Shown here piece after piece: positions 38,628 through 50,827 of a stretch of DNA of 64,000 nucleotides; within the stretch, counting starts at the first letter, position 1, and each line of letters begins with the position of its first letter. The translations under genes and the position numbers were made by a program. The notes beneath the pieces are model-generated. The model searched no databases. It was not told the DNA's origin and worked only from the letters and a program-made list of their open reading frames with translations. The stretch is taken from contig NC_058368.1 of assembly GCF_018350175.1 (NCBI RefSeq), forward strand, positions 157,358,001-157,422,000, given 5' to 3'. This DNA comes from Felis catus. Lineage: Eukaryota.

Positions 38628-38772
38628 GTAGGTTGCTAATTACTGTTTTGAAAAGAAAACTGTTTTTATTCTTAGATTTGAGACATAACTTGTAGGAATT
38701 GTAGCTGTTAAAAAACAAAAAGTTAAAAAAAAAATAAGTCAGCATTATATAGTCCTCTAAATATGCGGTGCA

Positions 38773-38903
38773 GGGGCTCCTGGGTGGCTCAGTTGGTAAA
38801 GCATCTGACTCTTGATCTCAGCTCAGGTCTTGATCACAGGGCGGTGGGTTCAAGCCACATGTTGGGCTCTGCGCTGGGTGTAAGCCTATTTAGAAAAAAA
38901 AAA
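38773..38903 (+). mobile_element. Short CAN-SINE
   Basis: ggggctcctgggtggctcagttggtaaagc head, no CT tract, A tail. Confidence 0.8.
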
Positions 38904-40082
38904 CCAAAACACAGTGTGGTAATTGAGGACTCTCTAACTTAGAATCAGCTGGCTATATAAGTAGCTTGACCTGTGTTACACAAGAAGTTTTCTAATGATT
39001 GTTTTATAGCTCCATCCATTTTTAAATGCACCTTTTTTCCTGAAGTAGAGAGATAAGGTGACCTCAGGTGGTATTTGGTTGTGATAAACGAGATCTTGGT
39101 TTTAATCACCTAAGTCAGAAGCAAAATTTAAATAGTACAGATTTCAAAAATTTTTCTTGTGAAAGAATTGAAACTATCGTTTACTGTTTATAGCAGTTCT
39201 ATTGTTCTGATATCTATATTTAAGTATATCTATATAGGAATCCATTATATTACTTGGGAATAACAGGGTTTTTTGTTGATAAATGTTGCAAAACTTACTG
39301 AACAGAGTATACCTAATGTGATCTGTAAGATAAATTATAAACCTTAAAACCAATCACAGTGTGAGTTTCTGAGTACTGCATAAGAAAAAAGAAAATGAGA
39401 ACAGAACAGTCATCAGAGTAGACAGTTTAGATCCAATGGTTTGCTCATGTTACCTAGAATAGGCTCAAGGAATAATCAAGTTAAAAGGCAAAGGAAATTA
39501 AAGATCACCTAGTTAAGTAGTTTCAAACTCTAAACAGGGACGTGTCCTTGGAGATGCCTGAAGGTTTTCTGAAGTGGGAGCAGAGAGCTGGAAGTAGCTG
39601 AGGGAAGGGGGAAGGAAGAAAAGAAGGCTGGAATTTGTACTTCTTGGATGCCCCTGCTTTTATATCTTAGAGTTTTCCATAAAGTTTTACTTTTAAAAGA
39701 TAATTTGCTGCTGACAGGTTTGAAAATCTCTGGTTTCTTTCAGCTTCTTGCACAGTATAGGAAACTAGGAAACACATAGTCTATTTTTGGCAGCTGTATT
39801 CAGTTAGGTGACAAACACTGTATACCTTTTGGGAGTCTTCTTACCTATAATTTAACTATTAGTGCAGTGGAGCAACGTAATAAATTAAAGCAGAATATAG
39901 AGATTTACTAACCATATACTTTGTGCAAAAAAGAAACAAACCCCTTCCATTCATAAAGTCTGCTTCTTGCTGTTAGTGGGGACATTCTTATACAGTTATT
40001 CTTTAAGAAGTTCTTTCAAAATGAAATGAGTGAACATTGTGATTTTAGAACCACCTTCACTATTCTGCCTTAGGTCCCCTTC

Positions 40083-40116
<34 letters not shown>

Positions 40117-40329
40117 GAATAAGATTATTTTCCACTTACTATCTTGTATAGAAGTATGCCACACAAGGGAGTACTATTAACAACCTTAGGAGAAAGGTGC
40201 TCTATAAATCTGTTGGGTTATAAATTTTTATTTTATTTTATCACTTATACAATTGACTGTGAAGTATGTTATGACTGCCTGGCAGAGTGAGAAGCAGGAC
40301 TCCAGGGTGTGCTTTAAGAAGGCAGGTGA

Positions 40330-40549
40330 GGGGCGCCTGGGTGGCGCAGTCGGTTAAGCGTCCGACTTCAGCCAGGTCACGATCTCGCGGTCCGTGAGTT
40401 CTAGCCCCGCGTCAGGCTCTGGGCTGATGGCTCAGAGCCTGGAGCCTGTTTCCGACTCTGTGTCTCCCTCTCTCTCTGCCCCTCCCCCGTTCATGCTCTG
40501 TCTCTCTCTGTCCCAAAAATAAATAAAGGTTGAAAAAAAAATAAAAAAA
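40330..40549 (+). mobile_element. Young felid CAN-SINE (SINEC_Fc-type)
   Basis: Perfect TSD aagaaggcaggtgag at 40316-40330 and 40550-40564; CpGs intact. Confidence 0.95.
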
Positions 40550-40729
40550 AAGAAGGCAGGTGAGAAGATGAGGCAATGTCAGTGACTGTCTTATGTTCCT
40601 TGGATGGGAGTTAAGGTATCACGAATGTTCTGATTCACTGGTACCTGTTTATGTTTAGGACCTGCTGTGGTGTGTCATTGTAGGTAGTGAAAAAAGCCCC
40701 TAGTGGATAAGGGAGAATTTTCTAATCTA

Positions 40730-41035
40730 ATTTAGTAGTCACAAACTGGAAATCTGTGGGTTGAATGTAGCTGAATATAGTCTGCCAAGTGTCTTATTTG
40801 GACCACGTGGTATTACTTTTTTTGAGTGGTCATCATGTAAAAATTGTAACAGTTTCCATTTCTGTCTTCTTTTGAAAAGTTGGAAGACCTGGTTACTCTC
40901 AGCCCCTCTTCCCACATGGCAGCAACCTGGAACTGAGCAAGTAGCTGCCCTTTTAAAGGACCGTGTCCCCTCCAGAGTATCCTAGTCACCTCTCCTCCTC
41001 CCTGTTGCCTTATACTGGACGTACTTCACAGTGTC
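40730..41035 (+). mobile_element. MER102-like hAT-Charlie element
   Basis: cacaaactgg...gtgtcttatttggaccac...ggcagcaacctggaactgagcaagtagctgccctttt. Confidence 0.5.
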
Positions 41036-41196
41036 ACTTGAAGTTGGAAGGGTTCTTGTCACCATCAATTTACAGCTCCCTTAAATAATTTCCCATTTTC
41101 GGTTTCAGATATTATCAAATTATTATTGGAATTATGTGAACTGTTTTCTCTCGACTAAAAATTCTTCTTTGAGTGTGTTTAGAAATTGAAAGGTGA

Positions 41197-41329
41197 GGGG
41201 CGCCTGGGTGGCTCAGTTGGTTGAGCGTCCAACTTTGGCTCAGGTTATGATCTCGCGGTTCATGAGTTCGAGCCCCGCATCGGCGTTGGGCTCTGTGCTG
41301 ACAGCTCAGAGCCTGGACCCTGCTTCAGA

Positions 41330-41369
<40 letters not shown>

Positions 41370-41446
41370 TTCTCTCTCTGCCCCTCCTCCACTCAACACT
41401 CTGTCTCTCTCTCCTTCAAAAGTAAATAAACATTAAAAAAAAAAAA
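41197..41446 (+). mobile_element. CAN-SINE with internal (TG)n expansion
   Basis: TSD agaaattgaaaggtgag; (TG)n at ~41334-41366. Confidence 0.92.
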
Positions 41447-41899
41447 AGAAATTGAAAGGTGAGAATAGACAAGATGTCATGTTAATGCTGGCATTGATGC
41501 AACAGAACTTAGTTAAATAGCTTTTAAATGTTAGATACATTTTATATGCTGGACTGTTTTGAAAACAAATAACACTACACAGGAATATGAGTTACCCTTG
41601 GCATTTATGGATTCATTATTCCCACAGTTTAATTTGGCCCAATATTGTGTTACATATTATATACTGCGAAGTTTTTTTTTGTCTTGGTTTGGTTTTTGTT
41701 GGCTGCCCGAGCTCACCTGTGATAACTTTTCTATTTTTTTAAATCTTAACCAAGGGAGTAGTCTTAGGTCACCTTTTCTTCCTAATGAAACTACAGCTAA
41801 CTTCCTTGAGCTGCTAGATTGTTTCTTTATATCCGTGTCCTGCAGCCTGGATCAGGTCCTCATTAATCTGAATTATAATATATGAGGTCAAACAGTAGA

Positions 41900-44030
41900 T
41901 GGAGAAGTGGGAACTGACTTAGCAGAAAGAAACCTAAGTACCCACAGAAGGGAATACTATGAGAAACAAGCTGATTCAGCCAGCAGAATACCAAGAAGCC
42001 TTAGAAACCTGAGGGACCAGGTATTTCAGAAAGCAGAATAAGGGTTGGGGCTGAAAGCAGTACTTAGTTGAAAGTTGATGAAGCTTTTGCTGCAGTCCAT
42101 CCCACCCAGGCAGACAACTCCTTCTCCCTCATCATCCTGGAATGGGAGGTTTATTACTGGAGAAATTAAACCAAAAATGTTATAGAATCACAAACTCCAA
42201 GTATAGCTGAGAATGGGTTAAGGAGCTGGACTGAAAACTTAGGGGTCATGTGAAATTGTGCATGTTGTATATTTAGCCTCCAGGCTCCTTCTAGGATTTG
42301 TGGCAGCCAGGTGTTTGCCTGGCTCCCATACTCTGGGCATGAAATTGAAGCATCTTTCTCTGGCCTCAGAGAAAAAAATATATAGGTGCATTCATTTGGG
42401 AATTCTTTCAGTGAACCCAACAAGTATCTGCTCAGTTATTCTACCAGTCAGTAAGTCCTACCCATGACCACAAGATATCCAAATAGCTTTCTAGTGTCTC
42501 ACTCTTAAATGTAAGGAGATACCTAGGGATCTGCAATTACTTGAGGCAGTGTCCAACATGGAAGACAGATACCAAAACCAAAATAAAATTAATAAACACA
42601 CAAGAGAAAGAATTTAGAGGCACAAAAAATAGGGAAAAAAACTTTAGAAATTGTAAATTAATATCTTGAAAGAATAAGAGATATAAATCCATAAAGCAGG
42701 ATAGTTATGAAAAAAAAACAATAGTTAATAGAGTTTTAGTTTTGCAAGATGAAAAGAGTTCTGGAGATTGGTTGCACAACAATGTGAATGTGCTTAACTA
42801 TATACCTAAAAATCGTTAAGATAATAAATTTTATGCTGTGTTTTACCATAATTTTAAAACAATACAGGAACAAGAAATAGTTCTTGGAAATTACAAATAT
42901 GATAGTAAAAACAAAACAAAAAACCCTAAGTAAATAAAGGAGTTGAAACAACTACATAAGAGTTGAAAAATAAAGATAAGGACATCTCATAAAAAGGAAG
43001 ACAAACAGCTAAAGAGACAAGAGAGAAAGATTTTTAAAAAACTGGGGGCTCAGTCCAGGAGATGAAGTGTCTGAGTAATAGAAGTTAATACAGAATAAAA
43101 TTGGAGAGAGGAAATTAGCAAAGAAATAATACACGAAGTTTTCCTAGTACCAAAGGACCCAAGTCTTCAGATTGAAAGGATCTACTAAGTGCTCAGCTTT
43201 ATGAATGAACAAGGTCCATCACTGGGACATGCAAGAACACTGACTACAAATAGAAAAATCTAAAAGTTTTAAAAGAACACAGATCACTTGCCAAGAACTA
43301 TGAATCTTAATGGTAACAGAGTTTTCAATAACTTTGGAAACTAGAATGCAGTGGAATTCTGTCTTCGACGTTTTGAGGGAAGTTTTCAACCTAGAATTTG
43401 GTACCAAACCAAATTACAGTTGTGTGTAAAGAGGATAAAGATGTTTCATCACAAGCATGGTCTCAAAAGTACTTCATATGTACCCCCTTTTTCAGGGATC
43501 TAATAAAGGTTGTGCTTCACTAAAACTAGAAAAGAAACTGAGTGAAGAACCTAGAGTCTACAAGTGGAGGGATCCAACACAAAAGAATGAAGCAGGCCTA
43601 GAAAGCAAGAGGGTACAGGGCTCTGAGGAAGGGACGTCTCCAGGGCCATGACAAGACCGGCAGCTGCTACCAGAGTAGTTAGATTATCCAGTGACTGTGG
43701 TTGGGTGGAGAATGGAATTGAGAGGATGTTAAAGAGTTTGGAAGAATAAGTCAGCTATAAAGAAAACTAATTAAATGAAAAGCAAGTCTGTTGTCATCTC
43801 CAAGAAAAATAAGTCTTATTTGGGAGAAAAACAAAAGAACATAAATACTACTTGATGAAGAAGTGGGCAAGATGTATATTATCGTAAATTATGTAATATA
43901 AATCCTGATGACTGATTTAACCAAAATTATGTTAAACAATTTTGGAAGCATTGAGTGAAGGGCCGAGGATACAGAACAGAGCTTGGATCCCATCTGTTAA
44001 ATAAGGAATCAATAGTTAATATCTAAACTT
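41900..44030 (+). mobile_element. Degraded HAL1/ancient L1 5'-ORF1 region (with a small L1MB 3' fragment at ~42730-42860)
   Basis: A-rich ORF1-like relics: aaggacccaagtcttcagattgaaagg..., gaaactagaatgcagtggaatt...ttttcaacctagaatt. Confidence 0.5.
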
Positions 44031-44081
44031 GATCCAAAATAAAATATTTGCAATTAACATTGTTTTTTCTAAAAATTTTAG

Positions 44082-44197
44082 TGGAAGAACGCAGTTTTGT
44101 TGAAAAGCACAGATGGCCATCGAATATGTACTTGAAGCAGCTTGCGGAATACAGGAAGTATATTCACTCCCGGAAGTGTCGTTGCTTAGTGATGTAA
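44082..44197 (+). CDS. RHOBTB3: RHOBTB3 terminal coding exon 12 with CAAX box (CLVM) and TAA stop
   Basis: Acceptor aattttag|; (V)EERSFVEKHRWPSNMYLKQLAEYRKYIHSRKCRCLVM*; TAA at 44195-44197; all exon phases concatenate in frame. Confidence 0.96.
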
Positions 44198-44225
44198 CCC
44201 AGAGCTTTTATATACATACACTTTT

Positions 44226-44266
44226 TATTATTATTATTATTGTTATTGTTATTATTATTATTATTA
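44226..44266 (+). repeat. (ATT)n trinucleotide repeat in the 3'UTR
   Basis: ttattattattattgttattgttattattattattatt. Confidence 0.9.
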
Positions 44267-44372
44267 TGAAGAATGGGATACCTCTGTGTTCCAGTAAAAT
44301 TCTGTGACTGAAACCAATATGGGCGTTAAAAAGAATTACCATACAGCTTAATGTGTTTGTTAGTCCTCTGGA

Positions 44373-44406
44373 AAACAAACAAACAAACAAACAAACAAAC
44401 AAAAAA
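44373..44406 (+). repeat. (AAAC)n repeat in the 3'UTR
   Basis: aaacaaacaaac... Confidence 0.9.
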
Positions 44407-44874
44407 CTACTATTGTGATCTTAAAAGGGAACAAAATATACCATAGGCTAAAACTAAGGTGTCACCACCCTAATATATAAAGTTGTTATACAGCTATTTT
44501 TTCCCTTTAAGATGCCCTGTTGCTTTAGTGATACTAGTACCCCTCCCAGTTAAGAAATGTTTAAATTAAGAAAAAAATCATGTAGGATTAATTTTAAAAT
44601 TTCATCATGTCTGATTAATTGCTCTATTAAAATAATGGGCATTTTAAAGACCCGGTATGACTATTTCAATAATGAAAAAATCTAAGGTAGAGCTGATCAG
44701 TCTGAAATTTTAAGGAATAGAAATTTGCATGGAATTTTGAAAGTGAAATGCCACGTGGATTCAAATCAGTGACAATGTTTAAACCATCATGAAAAAAAAT
44801 TATTTTTTTATGTGGACAACCCAACTGTGCCACCTTGTCTCTTCTCTGGATTCTGACTGGGCAGGAGATCTAAA

Positions 44875-45031
44875 CAGAGCTGGCTTTAAGGCCATGTAAC
44901 GTGTGTTAACACAGGGGCCCATGCTTGGTTCAATGCTCTGCCATTGCCATCTTGATATTCTTCATAATATTTAAAGAAAGGCCCTGCATTTTCACTTTGT
45001 ACTGGGGCCCCCAAATTATGTGTATCTCCTG
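44875..45031. mobile_element. MER91-like hAT-Tip100 MITE within the 3'UTR
   Basis: cagagctggcttt...acaggggcccatgcttggttcaatgctctgc...gccatcttgatattctt...gcattttcactttgtactggggcccccaaattatgt...cctg. Confidence 0.65.
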
Positions 45032-47031
45032 GCAGGATATGTACTGTATTTCATCGCTCAAACATCATTCTCTCTGAAAGCAAAAAAGAGTCATTGACAT
45101 CAAGGGAAGAGAAGGAGGCATGCTGGAAGGAAGAAATCACATGGGGTTTCCCATCCTTGGGGAAGTCTCTCCTGCCTCTGCTGCCACCTCCTCAGGCAAG
45201 GGAGATGTGCCTTGTGGTGTCTCAGCATTAGAACACTCACAGCTCTGGTTCCATAACAGGTGAACAAATGCTTTCTTGATCATTGTGAGACCAGGATGTT
45301 AATAAAAGTGACTGACCAGTGTGACTTTAATGCATCATTTATAAAGATGTTCATAGGAAGAGATGCTTTCTGGAGAATTTGTAAGCAAAGGCTCAAGAGT
45401 TTTTTGTTTAGTAACTTACTAAGCTTAGGATGTCAGCAGCTTGAATTGTTTGAATTCTGAGGACCGCAAGGTTATTTAATGAGGAGTAGCATGAATTTTG
45501 ACCTTCAAGATAACCCAGTAAATTAAAAGAAAGGATATAAATCAGAGACTCATTACATGTAGAGAAAATGGTACTAGGATAGAATTATAGTGTCTCTTGT
45601 ATCAAATGTCAACAGAAATAATTACATTAGAAGCTCACAAGCCGAGCGATGGAAGATCAGATTACTATTTATTGTTAACATCATTTTCATTTGTAATTCA
45701 GTATTGGGATATAATTTTCTTTTAATTTCTAAGGACTTTCGAGGACACCTAATTTTTCCAGCTATTCAAAGGTTTAATTAAATGGTTTTATACCATAGTA
45801 TTAGACAAAGTACTATATAGTTAGTCCTTGGATGTATATCAGCACTGTTAGAGTAAGACAGTAAAAATGCCCTATATATATTTTTAATTAGATTGTATTG
45901 ATGAAGGTTACTGAAATGCATTTTATGTTTTTTGTATGTTAATCACTTGGGTTCATCAACTATTGGCAAATCCCACTTGACAAGGATAAGCATTGTAAAG
46001 AATAAATACTACAGTAGATTTCTAGAAATTCATCATATTTAAGGTCTTTTAAAACACAATAGTCTTATGTTCTTCCTAAGCGTAGTCTTACCCTGTGTGA
46101 ATTACAGCACTTAATGTTCTAAATCAGTAACTTTTAATCTAGGAAATTGAAAAAATATTAAGTTCTAAAGCAAAAGAAAGTATTTCTTGAAAATACTTGT
46201 AAATCTAACGTTTACCTAGACCATAGATACTATTTTAGGTTGTTTGACCTGAGTGGAAGTTAGGTTTGGAAGCTGGTGCTCTGTTAGTGTTGAGCGTGTA
46301 GTTTTTATTATGAAAGTGCTTTACCACCTGTGTGAGTGACTCAGACACACTGATGTCATGGCTCTTCAGAACTAGTCAGAACAGTAATCAAATTAGTTTT
46401 TAAACCTAGACTCTTCAATACCTTTGAATTAAGTCAATTTAAAATAACAGGAAATTTAAAAATATTTATCAACTATCTTGGAGAAATGAGTGCTCTTTTT
46501 GAATTTTTTTTAAATTGAAAGATTATTTCTAGATGAATGTATGCTTTGTGCACATCTCTGCTTCAGTATATTTACCAATCATTTTAATTAGAGAAGATAC
46601 TGTGTGGTAGAACTAAGGCCTTTTCTTTATGGGCCAAGTTTTCACCTTATATAACCCTTTGTATACTTCTGACCACTCTCTGTTCATATTATAAGAGAGT
46701 AGGCTTGTAAAATAGACGTTTCAGTAACATAACTGAAATTCACCCTGTCCAAGCTAGCATGGTGGCTTCATATTGGACAGTAACAGAAAACTGAAGAATT
46801 GGATAAATTTAACTTCTAAGACAACTGAACTTTTCAATTGTAATTTTAAAAACTACACTACACTGACATAGTTAATTAGAAAAAAATTTTCCTCAAGAGT
46901 ACTTTATTTTATTTAAAGCATCTGTTTAATTCAATCTTTAATAATTTTGCTAAGAAGGGTATGTGTGTATTTTAATATAGCCTGACCTGGATTTATATGT
47001 TTTTAGTTTTAGTATTTAACATTTTGTAACA

Positions 47032-47037
47032 AATAAA
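47032..47037 (+). terminator. Likely distal polyadenylation signal AATAAA (alternatives at 45301, 46001, 47103)
   Basis: AATAAA with an upstream UGUA (CFIm-type) element and U-rich flanks. Confidence 0.6.
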
Positions 47038-47413
47038 CTTTTTTTAAAACAAGTTTAACATAGCGTCCTGCAATTATTTTACCTTGGATGTTGAAATGCT
47101 GAAATAAATTTGGGAATACTGCCTGTGTTTCTCATGCATAATTATGTTTCACAGATAATTTCCATTACATAGAAGATACTTGGAATATTGCTGATGTTGC
47201 TGATGCCTATGATGAGATAAAGAAATTTATATTTCCCTTTAACAGCTGCTACTGGCATTTCTCTTACCAAAATAACTGCCTTTATTTAGAAAAATGCTTT
47301 GATAATTATTTAGCATAGAAGTAAGCCCTGTGGCCTGAGTGTTGGCTGAGGCCAAGAATTTTGAGAAATATGAAGCTGTTCTGCATAATATAGGGTTAAG
47401 AAATTGGAACTTT

Positions 47414-48547
47414 CCAACAAAATGAAAAGGCAAGCCACTGAATGGGAGAAAATATTTGCAGATCATTTATCTTATGAGTTAATATCCAAAATATGTAAAG
47501 AACTCCTATGTCTCAATAGCAACAAAACAAAATAAAACAATGTGATTGAAAAATGGGCAGAGAATCTAAATAGAGATTTTTTTTTCCAAAGAAGACATAG
47601 AGATGGTCAACAGGAACATGATAAGATGCTCAGCATCACTCATCACCAGAGAAATGCAAACAAAACCACAATGAAGTATCACCTCACACCTGTCAGAATG
47701 ACTATTATCAAAAAGATGAGATAACTCATATTGGTGAGGATGTGGAGAAAAGGTAACCCTCATGTGGTGCTGGTGGGAATGTAGATTGGTGCGGCCACTG
47801 TGGAAAACAGTGTAGAGGTTCCTAAAAAAATTAAAAATAGAACTACCATATGATGTTGCAGTTCCACATTTGGGTATTTATCTGAAAGAAAAGAAGGAAA
47901 ATAGCAACTTGAAAAGATATCTGTACCTCCATGTTCACTGCAGCATTATTTACAACAGCCAAGACATGGAAACAACCTAAGTGTCAGTGAATGAATGGAT
48001 AAAGAAAATGTTGTATATACACAGTGGAATATTATTCAGCCATAAAAAGTATGAAATCTTGCCATTTGTGACAATATGGATAGACCTTAAGGGCATTACA
48101 TTAATCGAAACAAGTCGGACTGAGAAGGACAAATATGACGCGATCTCACTTATATGTTGAATCTTAACGACAGAAGCCACCAAGCTCGTAGATACAGATA
48201 ACGGACTGGTGTTTACCAGAGGTGGAGGTTGGGGACTGGGGATGGGTGAAATGAGTAAAGGGAAGCCCAAAGATATAAACTTCTAGTTATAACATGTCAT
48301 CATCAGATGTAATGCACAATATGGTGACTAGTTAATACTGTATTCTCTGTTTGAAAGTTACTAAGAGAATAGATCTTAAAAGGTCTCATCATAAGAAAAA
48401 AAATTACGACTATGTGGTGATGCATGGTAACTAGACTTACTGTGGTGATCATTTCATAATGTATACAAATATTGAATCGTTATTTGTATACCTGACACTA
48501 ACAGGATGTTACATGTCAGCTATATCTCAATTTAAAAAAGAAAAAGA
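47414..48547 (+). mobile_element. Older L1 (L1MA-like) ORF2 3' end + 3'UTR
   Basis: Degenerate ...[12 protein letters not shown]..., YHLTPVRM motifs and L1 3'UTR. Confidence 0.85.
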
Positions 48548-48792
48548 TGGGAATGCGAGCTGGTTCAGCCACTCTCGAAAACGGTATGGAGGTTCCTCAA
48601 AAAAACTAAAAATAGAACTACCCTATGACCCAGCAGTTGCACTACTAGGCATTGATCCAAGGGATACAGGTGTGATGTTTCAAAGGGACACGTGCACCCC
48701 CATGTTGATAGCAGCACTATCAACAATAGCCAAAGTATGGAAAGAGCCCAAATGTCCATTGATGGATGAATGGATAAAGAAGTTGTGGTATG

Positions 48793-48870
<78 letters not shown>

Positions 48871-49220
48871 ATGGAGTATTAGTCAGCAATTCAAAAGAAT
48901 GAAGTCTTGCCATTTGCAACTGCATGGATGGAGCTGGAGGGTATTATGCTAAGTGCAATTAGAGAAAGACAAAAATCATATAACTTCACTCATGAGCACT
49001 TTAAGAGAAAAAACAGATGAACATAAGGGAAGGGAAACAAAAATAATATAAAAACAGGAAGGGGGACAAAACAGAAGAGACTCATAAATATGGAGAACAA
49101 ACTGAGGGTTACTGGAGGGGTTGTGGGGGAGGATGGGCCAAATGGGTAAGGGGCATTAAGGAATCTCTTGAAATCATTGTTGCACTATATGCTAATTTCG
49201 ATGTAAATTAAAAAAAAATG
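48548..49220 (+). mobile_element. Carnivore L1 3' fragment with (TA)n(CA)n microsatellite (~48797-48870)
   Basis: LKIELPYDPA...STIAKVWKEPKCP motif; TSD aaaaagaaaaaga at 48535 and 49221. Confidence 0.88.
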
Positions 49221-50827
49221 AAAAAGAAAAAGAGTGTGGAACTTTTCAGGGCTGAGGAGCTCAGATAGGAGGAGGAGAAAGATGAGGCAATCATAACATG
49301 AAAATGGAGTGTACATTATATAGTACAGTCCCTCCCCGGGTTACTAAATTGCCAGTAAAGTCTAAACAAATAAAGGCTTCTACAATTCCCCTGGAATTAT
49401 GGTCCTACCACAAACCTGACCTGGCAACACTCTCTTCCAGAGGACCCCTACTGCCTATAGAAGAACCTCCACAGTTTTTACTGCCATCATGGCCTTTCAT
49501 AACCAGCCCCATTGTCCTGCCTGGACACGTGGAATCCATCCACATCACCTGTGTACTTACACAGCTCATACTCTTCTCATGGCTTGGATTGGGTTGCCAT
49601 TCCCTATTGTGCAGGCTTCTTCAGATCCTGTAAAACCCCACTTACACATCATATCTCTTTTGCTTTCTAGGACTTGAGAATTGCTTCTGCATGTGAGTAA
49701 GAAGTAATTGCTTCTACATGTGTCTTTCCATAGCTCTTTACTCATACCTTTTTTATGGCACTTATTGCATTTTAGATATTAATATATTGGTGGTTTAAAC
49801 TTGGCTATAACTTAAGAACAAGGACCATGTCTTGATTTATCTTTATGACCCCTTCCCAAACCCTCCAACAAGCATGGGACTGACATAGACTCTATATAAT
49901 AAATGGCCCTTGAGAAGGCCAAATTGCTTCTGTTGGAACAATAATCAAAAACTTGTTAATGCAAGTGAGTAGTACCCTCACACTTGAGGCTTTGTTTGTC
50001 CTGTGTCAGGAGTAGGCAGAGTCAGCTGGCATGTGGGACTTGGAGTGACCATGGTGGTTGACTCTCTGGGGACTTGATGAACAAAATGGAAGAGAGAGAA
50101 GTACTGGGCCATTGAGGGGGATGCAGAACATATACACAATGGTCCTGCCCGGGAGTTGCCATTGGAGGTCAGCAGAAAGAGCTGAGGGGGGAACAGAAGG
50201 GTTTCTGTTGTGAATAACAGAGGGGAAGCAGCTCCCAGTGTTGTGCATGTTTGTATGCAAATGATCCTATAACTGCATGTAAGTGATTTTCCTGGCATAT
50301 GAAGCTGTGTTCTCAAACTCTTGGTTGCCCTGCTTAACTGTCAGAGCTTGATGTTCTTAAAGGCTGAGCTTAGCCCCTCATCTATTTCTTCATGCCTGTC
50401 TTGTTTTTGTTCCCAAGAATGGGTGTTCTGATATCTTAATTCCTTTTCCTCTAGTAACCACATCACCATTAGAACACTTTTCTTTAAATACTTACAACTT
50501 CTGCGATTACAGAGTTGCCATGGTTTAGTCTCTGATGTCCCATGTTCAAGTAGAACATTTCAACAGCCAAGAGTTTTTAAAAAGTTTCTCATTCTTTTTG
50601 TTTTTTGGTGTTAACTTTTTCTAATAGGTAATATGTCTGTGGGGCTTAAAGTTCAAAACAACATAAAGAGTATACTTTGGGAAAAGAGGCCTTGCTCCCA
50701 TCTCTTTCCCTTTGCCCTATTTCCCACATTCCCCATAGGTAATCATTTACATTAGTTTCTTAGGTGTCATTACAGTGTTTACTTATGTGAATATGAGCAA
50801 TGAAAATGTACATTCTCATTTTCCTCC

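Larger units (their letters stand above)
44198..47060 (+). other. RHOBTB3: RHOBTB3 3'UTR (approximate end)
   Basis: AT-rich, largely repeat-poor sequence after the stop, ending near TGTAAC-AAATAAA at 47025-47037; L1-derived sequence starts at ~47415. Confidence 0.7.

Noticed and set aside
38339..38695. 118-aa ORF extending exon 11 on both sides
   Set aside because: Only 38531-38627 is RHOBTB3, bounded by good splice sites; the flanks are open by chance in a GC-rich patch.
40089..40116. Long orphan poly(A) (also 8618-8639) as a processed-pseudogene tail
   Set aside because: No upstream retrocopy body or TSD recognisable; treated as simple repeats.
44113..44402. Hydrophobic poly-Ile ORFs overlapping the last exon
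   Set aside because: Out-of-frame or antisense readings of the (ATT)n repeat.
48459..48952. ORFs with (IY)n/(HT)n tracts
   Set aside because: L1 ORF2 remnant plus a (TA)n(CA)n microsatellite.
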